Below are positions 17,248 to 25,718 of a DNA stretch of 27,338 nt, in pieces. Position numbers and translations under genes: made by a program. This stretch comes from an archaeon (GTDB lineage: Archaea > Iainarchaeota > Iainarchaeia > Iainarchaeales > 0-14-0-20-34-12): NCBI GenBank assembly GCA_038046645.1, contig JBBSVU010000015.1, forward strand, positions 1 through 27,338, given 5' to 3'. A model generated the notes under the pieces. That model was given only the letters and a program-made list of their open reading frames with translations, did not search any database and had not been told where the DNA came from. Numbering within the stretch: position 1 is the first letter of the stretch; each line of letters starts with the position of its first letter.

Positions 17248-18060
17248 TCAAAAAATAGTGTTGAAAATCTTTTCCAAATCCTCAACTTCAAGCAGATATA
17301 CCTTATTGTCCTTAACTTTTATTTCGCCAATTTTCCCCCTTAGCTTTTCTTCGTTCAGTTTCTTATCCTTTCTGCACATTTCCTTGATGCATAGCCCTAA
17401 TGCTTTTGTTAAATCCTTGTTCTTGAACCTGAAGATTGTTTTTAAGAAGTCATAAAACAAGTCATGCTGTTTTTCTTCTATCCTTACCCTCTTTTTTGCT
17501 GTTAATTTAATCATTACATATTGGTCCTGCGGTTTTGGGAAGAATACCTCGGAATTTATTTTCATTTTTACTTCGACATTGCAGTATGTCTGCACCAATA
17601 CCGGCAATTGCGTATAATTTGTCAATCCTGGAAATGCAGTCAACCTGTCTGACAAAGATAATGGCACGATCAAAATGCCTGTTTTGAATTTTGTTTTTAA
17701 TAATTCAGCAATAAATTCATTTTCAATGTTTTTTAAAATCAGAATTCTGTCAAAACTTTGCCCTTTAGTTTCTTTAATGTCTTTAATCAGGGTAAGATTT
17801 CTGATATTCTCTGCGGTTATCAAATCCTGCAGGTTTTCTTCCTCCTCAAAAACAAAAATTTCTTTTGCATTATGCAAGCTGCGCATAAGGAACGGGTTTG
17901 TTCCAACTATTAAAACAGAATCCTTCTTAGAAACATTTAATTCTTCGGCAATATTCCTGATTAATTCAGAATCAATAATGAAAAACTGCCGATTTTCATA
18001 ATGTGAAATATGGAATCTGTTAATTAAATCAGTTAATTCTTTGAACAATTCACTCTTCAT
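17248..18060 (-). CDS. RsmA/KsgA-like rRNA dimethyltransferase homolog with degenerate motifs
   Basis: QFFIID, DRLTAFPG..NY..L.V..Q, FFPKP, IFRFKNK and position after DUF655; motif I reads LIVGTNPF. Confidence 0.75.
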   Translation of the reverse strand: MKSELFKELTDLINRFHISHYENRQFFIIDSELIRNIAEELNVSKKDSVLIVGTNPFLMRSLHNAKEIFVFEEEENLQDLITAENIRNLTLIKDIKETKGQSFDRILILKNIENEFIAELLKTKFKTGILIVPLSLSDRLTAFPGLTNYTQLPVLVQTYCNVEVKMKINSEVFFPKPQDQYVMIKLTAKKRVRIEEKQHDLFYDFLKTIFRFKNKDLTKALGLCIKEMCRKDKKLNEEKLRGKIGEIKVKDNKVYLLEVEDLEKIFNTIF

Positions 18061-18676
18061 CTTCTTCCTTTCTTTGGTTAAATCTTGAATTATTCCGGTT
18101 ATACCCCTGCCTGTAATCTTTTTTAAACTCTGGCGCTACAGGTTTTCTTGTAAAAATATAATATTTTTCCTCTTCCTGCAATTCATTTACTATTCTTTTT
18201 ACCAAGGCTTTTATTGGATCAGGCATTAAAGATACCCTTTTTGTTATGTCTTCAAATGAAGCAAATAATCCTTTTTCTCTTTCATCAAGAATGTTCAATA
18301 CATGCTTCTTTCCAATGCCAGGCAATAGCTCAAGTTGGTGCATCTTTAGGGTTAATGAGCTTGATTTATTGAAAAAATCAAGGAATTTTGTGGGATTCCC
18401 GCTTATTATTTCTTCAATCGCAGCAGGTATTTCCAGTTCTGCATTTGAAGTTAATTCTTTGTAAGAAATTCTTCGCTTAATTAGTGAAATCTTTTCCCTT
18501 TTGTCTTGCCCGATGTAAACCTTTTCCAATTGTTTAACATCCGCAACCTTAGGTACAGCCTCAAGTAATGTAAAAAATTCTGTTCCGATTAGCTGTACTA
18601 ACGGCTGTTCTTTAAAATCGTTTCCTTTTCCCCTAGGGAGATAGTCCAGAACAAGTGCATAATCCTCAGATGGCAT
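18050..18676 (-). CDS. DUF655 putative RNA-binding protein (HhH)
   Basis: EDYALVLDYLPRG, IGTEFFTLLE, MHQLELLPGIGKK, FASFEDI. Confidence 0.93.
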   Translation of the reverse strand: MPSEDYALVLDYLPRGKGNDFKEQPLVQLIGTEFFTLLEAVPKVADVKQLEKVYIGQDKREKISLIKRRISYKELTSNAELEIPAAIEEIISGNPTKFLDFFNKSSSLTLKMHQLELLPGIGKKHVLNILDEREKGLFASFEDITKRVSLMPDPIKALVKRIVNELQEEEKYYIFTRKPVAPEFKKDYRQGYNRNNSRFNQRKEEDEE

Positions 18677-18729
18677 AAGTCTCCCTCCATTATTTTCCCA
18701 ATTTATTTTTAAGTAAAATCTTTAAATTT

Positions 18730-19068
18730 TTACTTTAAATATTTTTCAGTTAGTTCAAGAATCTTATTAACGTTATCATCGCTAATAGTTTCTCCTTTTT
18801 TCATTATTGCTTTTACCACTTCTTTATCCTTAGGCAATATATCCACAACCTTTATTGCTAATTCCTGTGTCATGCCTTCTAGTTTCATTAATTCTTCAAT
18901 TAATTTGTCAGCCTGTTTGTCTGTTATTTTGGCAAACTGCTTTGCATATTTTGTGCTCCCTGCCTGTTCATATGTCGGTTCTTTATCTTCCACTTTTCTG
19001 TCTTTTAATAACTCTTTTACCTGAGGAAGACAAACAAACTTTTCTTCAAGAATCTTTTCTCCAATCAT
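18730..19068 (-). CDS. rpo4: DNA-directed RNA polymerase subunit Rpo4 (RpoF)
   Basis: MIGEKILEEKFV, YEQ, YAKQF, AIKVVDILP; located between rpl21e and DUF655. Confidence 0.92.
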   Translation of the reverse strand: MIGEKILEEKFVCLPQVKELLKDRKVEDKEPTYEQAGSTKYAKQFAKITDKQADKLIEELMKLEGMTQELAIKVVDILPKDKEVVKAIMKKGETISDDNVNKILELTEKYLK

Positions 19069-19093
19069 AATATCACGCAATTTTTAGTATAAG

Positions 19094-19507
19094 TTATTTT
19101 TTAACTGCAACTTTTACTATTTCTTTTTTTTCTGTTGTTTTTACAGCTTCCTTTTTCTCAACTGCTTTTACTGCTGTTTTCGTTTCTGCTTTTGCAGCCT
19201 CCTTTGCTGCCTTAACCTTCTTTACATTTAATGGCTTCAAATGCACTGGGTGCACAATCAAAAGTTTCGGCTTGTTTCCTGACATCAATGCAAGCTCGCA
19301 GCAATTTCCCCTCATTTTTTTCACTGTTGCTACTTTTCCATGGTATCTCCTAAACGGCAATCCCCTATGGAATGAGCTATCAGTATCTATTTGTACCTTA
19401 GTTCCTGGCTCATATTTTACCAATATTTTATTTACTGTCAGGATACCTTTCTTCCTCCTGAACTTCTTCCTTGTCTTTGCCATCGGTCCTTTTGCTTTTC
19501 CTGCCAC
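19094..19507 (-). CDS. rpl21e: 50S ribosomal protein L21e with Lys/Ala-rich C-terminal extension
   Basis: KG...KTRKK, HRGLPFRRYHGK, VHPVHLK; GGTGA SD favours GTG at 19507. Confidence 0.95.
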   Translation of the reverse strand: MAGKAKGPMAKTRKKFRRKKGILTVNKILVKYEPGTKVQIDTDSSFHRGLPFRRYHGKVATVKKMRGNCCELALMSGNKPKLLIVHPVHLKPLNVKKVKAAKEAAKAETKTAVKAVEKKEAVKTTEKKEIVKVAVKK

Positions 19508-19720
19508 GCTATTCACCTTTCAAATTTAAAAATAAATCTCATTCATTAATACTTTAATATACTAATATAACGACTTACGTATAATTGAATTATAGTAGTA
19601 TAATTAGGAGAATAATAGAAAGAAAGATATTTAAAGCATCGCGCTGCCTGCTTTAAACATCAGAAAAGCCCATTAAGAAAGAAATAAATATGTGAAAATA
19701 CTTATTTGGGAAGTGATATT

Positions 19721-19891
19721 ATGGCAAAATCCTACAAAAGAAGAAAGATTAAAGGCTTAAAGAAGCAAAGGGCTAAGTTTAAAACAAGCACAAAGACCTA
19801 CAAGAAGTTAAGTGCAGCCATATCGAGGAAGAGAAGTGCAAAGCCAAAAAAGAAAAAGCCTGCATTTGTCTGGTCCTTTAATTTGAAATAA
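19721..19891 (+). CDS. Small, very basic protein of unknown function (56 aa)
   Basis: GAAGTGA SD before ATG 19721; 23 K/R, no D/E. Confidence 0.6.
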   Translation: MAKSYKRRKIKGLKKQRAKFKTSTKTYKKLSAAISRKRSAKPKKKKPAFVWSFNLK

Positions 19892-19901
19892 TTCTCGGTA
19901 A

Positions 19902-20279
19902 TTAACAAATCTTTATATCAATTGAGGCATATTTTGGGCAGGCATATGTTTTCTGCCCCTCTTTTTTCAGTTCAATAAGTTCAAGCTTTTTCAAATGTGA
20001 AATGTCACGGCTTATTGCTTCCTGCTTTCTTTCTAAACCTTCCGCTACTTGTGATATTGTTTTTGGAATCTTTTTCTGCGGGACATCCATCAGGTAAAGC
20101 AGCAAATCAAGCCTTTTAGGGGAAAGCAATTCATGCAACTGCTCAAATGATTTCAGGTAAAGGGCATTCTTTGGGATTTTAATATCCTTTGATTTTTTTC
20201 CCTTAAAAAGTTCATCAAGATCCTTGTCTGAATCCCTTCCAACATAAATAGTCAAACTATACTCTTTGTGTTCGCTCAT
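19902..20279 (-). CDS. Small wHTH regulator / putative antitoxin, paralog 2
   Basis: YLKSFEQLHELLSPKRLDLL...SQVAEGLERKQEAISRDISHL. Confidence 0.75.
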   Translation of the reverse strand: MSEHKEYSLTIYVGRDSDKDLDELFKGKKSKDIKIPKNALYLKSFEQLHELLSPKRLDLLLYLMDVPQKKIPKTISQVAEGLERKQEAISRDISHLKKLELIELKKEGQKTYACPKYASIDIKIC

Positions 20280-20300
20280 GATTTATCCCTTATTATTATA

Positions 20301-20320
20301 ATATAACTCTAAGGTTATAT
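20301..20320. promoter_or_regulatory. Palindromic operator ATATAAC-N6-GTTATAT upstream of paralog 2
   Basis: Same arms and nearly the same distance to the start codon as 16791-16811. Confidence 0.65.
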
Positions 20321-20341
20321 ATTAATCCTCCCTTTACTTAT

Positions 20342-20678
20342 CTATTTAGTCAAACCTTCCAAGTACCATCTCTTGTACTTTTCCCAGTTTTCTTTTATAT
20401 CCTTTTTAAATGCAATAATGGCTTTCTTGCTTATTTCAAAATTTTCAATTCTTTCAGTTTTGTAATCTGTACTTTTGTAGTAACGGTGTATATGACAGTA
20501 ACCATGTGTTGCATCATACTTTATTATTTAGTAAGAGTTACTCCCATATTTGCAAACTTGGATTACGCAAAAAGAAATTACTTTGTGTGTCTTGCCGTTC
20601 TTATTAATCAATAAGACTAGTGAGTCCTGCAGGCTTGATCCTAAGGTTGTTTTTCTTCTTTAATTGTGTAATTGTCAT
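20342..20678 (-). pseudogene. Disrupted putative toxin gene (YDxxHGxxHxH family); absent from the ORF track
   Basis: MTITQLKKK, frameshift near 20650, TTLGSSLQDSLVLLINKNGKTHKVISFCVIQVCKYGSNSY, in-frame TAA at 20528-20530, IIKYDATHGYCHIHRYYKSTD...IKENWEKYKRWYLEGLTK*. Confidence 0.7.
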
Positions 20679-20786
20679 TCTTAAGTAGATTGCATTAAGT
20701 GAAATAAATAGTTGCGGTTGATTTTAAAACAATTCAAGAGTTACTTTAATTTTTAATTTGTGGCAAAAACAACTTACTAATTAGTA

Positions 20787-21581
20787 TTATGGTTGATGAA
20801 CTGCTACGATTAATTGGATGTTATTATTTGGTTCGTTACTATCCATTCGTGTAGCCCGGTTTATTATTGTTTTAAAACCTAACTTGCGTAATGTTGATTG
20901 AATTTCTTGTGGGGAAATTGGATTGCTTGGATAATTTGGGCGATAAACAATAACAATTCCCCCACCTGGCTTAATTTTAGAAGCCATGTGCTGAAGTGCC
21001 TTCTCTGCATCAGCGGAATGATGGAATGCTTCATTTGTAATAATTGCATCTACAGAACCTGCCGGAATGCTTGGTGCGCTTTCAAATGTTCCTTCCGTAT
21101 TTTTAATTTGCTTGTTTCGTAAACCTAAAATATTTCTGGTTGTCCTTAAAGCGCGGTCACGCATTTCTTTAAGTGGTTCAACCCCGATTATTGAGGCAAT
21201 TTGGGGAAATTCTTTAACTAAAAAACCTTCATGGTGCATATCCCCTGCCCCAAAACTTGCAACTATTGCATTGCGCGGAAGTTTTAATCCGGTCAAGCCC
21301 TCCTTAAGGGCATTATGGTCTAAAATATTATCTTCCGGCCCATAAATTTTGGAATAGTGTCTTACCATATATCTGAATCTTTTTTCAGCTATTTTCTCAT
21401 TTCCAGATAGTTCTCTTAATTTTTGCCTTACTTTAGGACTTAATCTGAAATAATGATCCACATATTGATCGAAAGACATTCTAAAACTTGGTTTGAACCA
21501 CAGAATAAACTGCCTAAACCTTGATGGATTCTGATTTACTCTTCTAACTGGTTTGCCCGATTTAATCGGTTTCTTAGCCAT
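20787..21581 (-). CDS. Class I SAM-dependent methyltransferase with basic N-terminal leader
   Basis: VASFGAGD (motif I variant), GVEP, SVDAII...AFHH, KIKPGG; start at 21581 or 21590. Confidence 0.8.
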   Translation of the reverse strand: MAKKPIKSGKPVRRVNQNPSRFRQFILWFKPSFRMSFDQYVDHYFRLSPKVRQKLRELSGNEKIAEKRFRYMVRHYSKIYGPEDNILDHNALKEGLTGLKLPRNAIVASFGAGDMHHEGFLVKEFPQIASIIGVEPLKEMRDRALRTTRNILGLRNKQIKNTEGTFESAPSIPAGSVDAIITNEAFHHSADAEKALQHMASKIKPGGGIVIVYRPNYPSNPISPQEIQSTLRKLGFKTIINRATRMDSNEPNNNIQLIVAVHQP

Positions 21582-21743
21582 AGTGTGCATAGTTCCTACT
21601 TTTTATTCTTATATGAAAAAAAGAGTGTTAACTATTTTTAAACTTTATGTTATTTTCAATAAAACTTTTTGAAAAATTAGTACTTATTTAAATTAGGGTT
21701 TATCTGGATTGATTATTTATACTGTTAGCACTTTAATGAAACC

Positions 21744-23435
21744 ATGAAATTGCCATCTTTGTTAGCTTTGCTTATTATATTTCTTCTTCTTTTAAGCGGC
21801 TGCACAAAGGTTAAGCAGCAGGATCAGGAAGATGGAAAGGACGATCTGAAGGATTCCTCTAGTGCAACTGCAAATTCTAGCGACAATCAGCAAGCTAATG
21901 AAGATACTCAAGCTGATACTAATATTTCTGCAACCGATTCTGGGAAAGAAGACCCCGGTAACAATGCGCAATCTGAAATCCCAAATACTGTTCAAAAAAA
22001 GGAAATTTTGATTGGTGTAGAATATGCAATGCCCGGCATAGCAAAAGAATTCAGCAAATTAGGGATTAAGGCAGTAAAATATTACCCGGATGCAATTGCT
22101 TGGGACAATATGCAACCTTTTGAAGATTCTGAGATTAATTTTAAAGTGCTTGATGGTTTTGTGACAGAATTTCAGGAAGCCAGCTTTACTGATTTAGTAG
22201 TTGCATTAAAATCAAGAAGCAAATGGGCATCTAAAGGTCTCTTTAATCCAACGCCAAAAAAAGAATTTGTTAATGCTTATAAAAAATGGGTAAACTCTGT
22301 TGTTGAACGCTATGATAAAGACGGCATTGAAGATATGCCTTCCCTGAAATACCCAGTAAAATATTATGAAATAGGAACAGAATTTTCATCATATGAGCCA
22401 GAAACAGCGGAAGAATATCTTGAAATGCTTGGTGATGCATACAAAGCAGCACATAGTGCTTCAGATACTGCCATAGTTTTGCATGCTGCCTTTTTGGTTA
22501 CAACTGCGTTCAAGGATAATCCATCATTAGAACAATATGAATCTGCATTCAATACAGTGGATACAAGGATTATGAAGCATTCTTATTCAGATATTAAAAA
22601 AATCTTGGATAAGCCTGAATTTTTTGATGCAATCAATTTCCATAGCTTAGGTTATCCATATGAAACAGAGGATACTATAAAGTGGCTTAATTATGAAATG
22701 GAAAAACGCAGCTATAAAAAACCAGTTATAATCTCGGATACTTTAGTTAATGGATTTATTGGCTGGGGCATAGCAACAAAATGCACTGGTACAGGGTATG
22801 GCATACTTATTAAGCCAGCAATAAATTCAGACAGGTGCAGGTTAGCTACATATTTCAAGAATCTTATTGCTGAAGATAAAGAAATTCTTGGCTGGACATA
22901 TAAATATCATGCTTCTGACATTGTGAAAAGGGTAATAATTGCTGCTGAACAGGGCATTGAACTTATCAATATTGCTTCAACCGAGGATTTAGATATTCTT
23001 AAAACACAGCTTATGCAAGCAAGCGCTGGAAGTACAGCATGGTCTGGCATGGCTGATGTTACTATCAATATTGCCACAGGGGAAAGGGCTGTAAATAGTT
23101 TAAGGCCGTCATTCTTTGCATTGCAGCAGCTTGCTTCTTCAATAAAAGGCTATTCAAATATTGAAAAAATTCCTGTTTATGATAATCCTGAAATCAAATT
23201 GTACAAATTTACAATAAATAACAAACCTTTATGGATTGCCTGGCTTGAAACCGGAAAGCTTATTCTTCCAGAAGATGCAATTCCAGAAACAACCTTTGCC
23301 TTAGGTGCATCAAAAACAGTCAAGGTTGAACAAATGCAGACTTCTTCATCAAAAGATACAGAACAGATTAGCCCTAAGGACGGCAAGATTTCAATTAAGC
23401 TTACGCCTTATCCTGTTTATGTGTGGGAAGATTGA
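21744..23435 (+). CDS. Lipoprotein with clan GH-A-like (GH39/GH5-like) TIM-barrel domain
   Basis: Lipobox LLSGC, acidic low-complexity linker, VERYDKDG, YYEIGTE, FDAINFHS, KPVIISD. Confidence 0.7.
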   Translation: MKLPSLLALLIIFLLLLSGCTKVKQQDQEDGKDDLKDSSSATANSSDNQQANEDTQADTNISATDSGKEDPGNNAQSEIPNTVQKKEILIGVEYAMPGIAKEFSKLGIKAVKYYPDAIAWDNMQPFEDSEINFKVLDGFVTEFQEASFTDLVVALKSRSKWASKGLFNPTPKKEFVNAYKKWVNSVVERYDKDGIEDMPSLKYPVKYYEIGTEFSSYEPETAEEYLEMLGDAYKAAHSASDTAIVLHAAFLVTTAFKDNPSLEQYESAFNTVDTRIMKHSYSDIKKILDKPEFFDAINFHSLGYPYETEDTIKWLNYEMEKRSYKKPVIISDTLVNGFIGWGIATKCTGTGYGILIKPAINSDRCRLATYFKNLIAEDKEILGWTYKYHASDIVKRVIIAAEQGIELINIASTEDLDILKTQLMQASAGSTAWSGMADVTINIATGERAVNSLRPSFFALQQLASSIKGYSNIEKIPVYDNPEIKLYKFTINNKPLWIAWLETGKLILPEDAIPETTFALGASKTVKVEQMQTSSSKDTEQISPKDGKISIKLTPYPVYVWED

Positions 23436-23458
23436 GTCGGCATATTTGCCCAGCAAAT

Positions 23459-23512
23459 TCAATAATTAAATCTTCTTTCATAGTCTTTATGCTTTAGCCA
23501 TTCAATTAGTAA
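23459..23512 (-). pseudogene. 3' remnant of a small RelE/HigB-like toxin gene
   Basis: Frame overlapping the end of the upstream gene reads LLIEWLKHKDYERRFNY*, which resembles (from memory) the C-terminus of small DPANN toxin-like proteins that follow YPRLDTVLM-type genes. Confidence 0.45.
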
Positions 23513-23786
23513 CCACCAAATTCTTTTTCCTTATTTCTTCAATGTCTTTGGGTGACCAGATCCAGATCACGTGCTTTTTTTCATCAATTAGTATTTTGCC
23601 TGAGTATTCAAGGTAATCCAAAGCAGAGGAATAGGTTTGCCACATTACTTTCTTTGGCAATTTCATCCAAAGCTGCCTTGCAGTCAAATCTCCCTTTGCC
23701 TTTCTTGCTTCTTCCTCTATCATTAGTACGGTGTCTAATCTAGGATACCGCATTACCTCTTTCTTGAATACTTTCGATAATTTCAT
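23502..23786 (-). CDS. Small winged-helix protein (YPRLDTVLM-type), putative antitoxin/regulator (94 aa)
   Basis: YPRLDTVLMIEE...QLWMKLPKKVMWQT...LDYLEYSGKI; ATG 23786 with GTGA SD. Confidence 0.7.
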   Translation of the reverse strand: MKLSKVFKKEVMRYPRLDTVLMIEEEARKAKGDLTARQLWMKLPKKVMWQTYSSALDYLEYSGKILIDEKKHVIWIWSPKDIEEIRKKNLVVTN

Positions 23787-23796
23787 CAATTGTTCA

Positions 23797-23818
23797 CTAT
23801 ATATCAATTGATATATAG
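23797..23818. promoter_or_regulatory. Perfect 22-bp palindrome, candidate autoregulatory operator
   Basis: CTATATATCAATTGATATATAG, 10 nt upstream of ATG 23786. Confidence 0.65.
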
Positions 23819-24073
23819 AGTTTTTAAAGCCTTTTTCTTCTGCATTTTGATATAAACTCAGCCAAGAAGACATTACAGAAATAGCGCAAAACTGAGTTAT
23901 ATATTTATGGTTTATTTTTTGTAAACTCTGGAGTTGATAAATCAAATAAGTTTACTTGCTTTGTTTATGTGGCATAAAAAGTTTTATTAAGCAGTTAAGA
24001 GTTATTAACATGCAATAGCTTGCCCAGTAATATTATAAATAAATGCAATAAAAGAAAAAAGATTGGTGGTTGT

Positions 24074-25717
24074 TTGATTCATAATATCCCGATTAAGACA
24101 ATTGTTTCAATTGTATTGGTATTGGTTGCTCTTGGAAGCATTTATCTGTTTTTTACCTCTCCTGCAAGTGGAAGCCAAGGACAACCAAAACTTTCTTACA
24201 AGATTCTGGCGCCAGAACATATCCTTTCCGGAGCCTACAAGGTTTATGGTAAAGAAAATCTCGGATTATGGGCCGCAAAATTGATTATTACCAATAACGG
24301 GGCAGCTCCGGCATATGGTTTGAAACCTGAATACAAGATTGAGGGTTATTCTGAATGGGCTGAAGGAAAAAGCTATCCAATCTTATTGCCTGGCAGCACT
24401 GTTGTTGATTTATATTACCCTTTGCTTTCTGATACAGTTACAAAATTAAGTACTACCACCCCCTCAAAAGTGAAAATAAAAATAAACTATTCTGAAAAAA
24501 AAGATGGTGTTCTGAAAGAAATAGCTGAAGACAAATCAATTACTGTTTTAGGGGGGCATGATTTCATTTTTAGCAGTATTGTCCCTGAAAAAAGCACAGG
24601 CAGTTTTTATGATGTTTTTTCAAATTATCCCTTTGTTGCGGCTTGGGTTACTCCGACTGATCCTGTGTTAATGAAATTTGCAGATGCGGGAAACAAGGTT
24701 GCAGGCGGCGCTGCCGCTGGATTATCTGATGAGGCAGCTATTAAGAGTTTAGAAGGTATGTGGTTGCTTTCAGTTGCAAATGGCATTGCTTATAAAACCG
24801 AACCAGAGGCTTTCTGGACTGGAAAGTTTTCACAGTATTTAAAATATCCAAGGGATGTTTTAAAGGATAAGGCAGGAACATGTATTGACACTGCGATATT
24901 TTTTGCATCACTTGCAATCTCTCAAGGATTGGATGCTTATGTTATATTAATGACCGGCCATGCATTTCCTGTAATTAAATTGCCGAAAAGTGGAAATATT
25001 ATCCCGATTGAATCTACAGAATTGAATAATAAAGCAACCTTTGAGGAAGCAGTGAAATCCGGTGAAGAAACATTCAATAAAGCAAAGGAAGGCCCTAACA
25101 TTATTATTGATGTCAAGACCTTGCAGATTTCAGGAATTACTCCGCCACAGCTAGAGGAATTGCCACAGGATATTTTCAAGCAGTGGAATATAAAAGAAAC
25201 CCTTGGCGGGGCTGTTACAGAAGAAACTGACACAGCAACCGGAACTGAGGGCGATTATGCCACAGATATTATTGGATCTGATGTAAAGGTTTATTCAAAC
25301 ACAACAGTTCCTGAATGGGCAATTACTTACCCAAGCAACTGGTCACTGAAAAAAAATGGGTCAACAGAAATTATAATTACTTCCCCAGACACAAAGAGTG
25401 AGGTATTAGTCAGCTGGCTTCCGAATGAAACAAAGGAAAATATGCGGACCTATATTGAAGCCGCAATCTTAACAATAGGTTCTTTTACTGCCACTAGTAT
25501 TACACAGCAAAAGATTTCAAATACTTATGATGCTGATGTCGTAACATATAATACAAATGTTTATTCAACAGGTGAAACAGGAAGGGCTGTCGGGAAATAT
25601 TTTTCCACAGGCACTTATGCGTTTGCATTTTTTTATGATACTTTGAATCCGAATGTGCAGGCATCAATGAATGAATTGAATGATATTGCAGCAACTTTTG
25701 TTGTAGGGGGTAATTGA
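24074..25717 (+). CDS. Membrane-anchored transglutaminase-like cysteine protease with C-terminal PsbP/Mog1-like domain
   Basis: N-terminal TM; YPRDVL...GTCID (Cys), GHAF (His), IEST (acid); WAITYPSNW begins the C-domain; TTG 24074 after GGTGG. Confidence 0.72.
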   Translation: MIHNIPIKTIVSIVLVLVALGSIYLFFTSPASGSQGQPKLSYKILAPEHILSGAYKVYGKENLGLWAAKLIITNNGAAPAYGLKPEYKIEGYSEWAEGKSYPILLPGSTVVDLYYPLLSDTVTKLSTTTPSKVKIKINYSEKKDGVLKEIAEDKSITVLGGHDFIFSSIVPEKSTGSFYDVFSNYPFVAAWVTPTDPVLMKFADAGNKVAGGAAAGLSDEAAIKSLEGMWLLSVANGIAYKTEPEAFWTGKFSQYLKYPRDVLKDKAGTCIDTAIFFASLAISQGLDAYVILMTGHAFPVIKLPKSGNIIPIESTELNNKATFEEAVKSGEETFNKAKEGPNIIIDVKTLQISGITPPQLEELPQDIFKQWNIKETLGGAVTEETDTATGTEGDYATDIIGSDVKVYSNTTVPEWAITYPSNWSLKKNGSTEIIITSPDTKSEVLVSWLPNETKENMRTYIEAAILTIGSFTATSITQQKISNTYDADVVTYNTNVYSTGETGRAVGKYFSTGTYAFAFFYDTLNPNVQASMNELNDIAATFVVGGN

Positions 25718-25718
25718 A

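Noticed and set aside
19630..19657. Inverted repeat TTTAAAGCA-N10-TGCTTTAAA as an ncRNA or terminator
   Set aside because: Short and AT-rich; adequately explained as TATA-like elements of a divergent promoter
20528..20530. Stop-codon recoding or alternative genetic code
   Set aside because: TAA terminates many conserved genes here, and the same gene also has a frameshift, so decay is the simpler explanation
16421..20678. Composite transposon carrying the rpl21e cluster between the two HTH modules
   Set aside because: No transposase, terminal repeats or target duplications; the paralogs are diverged at the DNA level
23787..23945. 53-aa N-terminal extension of the wHTH ORF
   Set aside because: Crosses the 22-bp palindrome and promoter-like sequence; ATG 23786 has an SD
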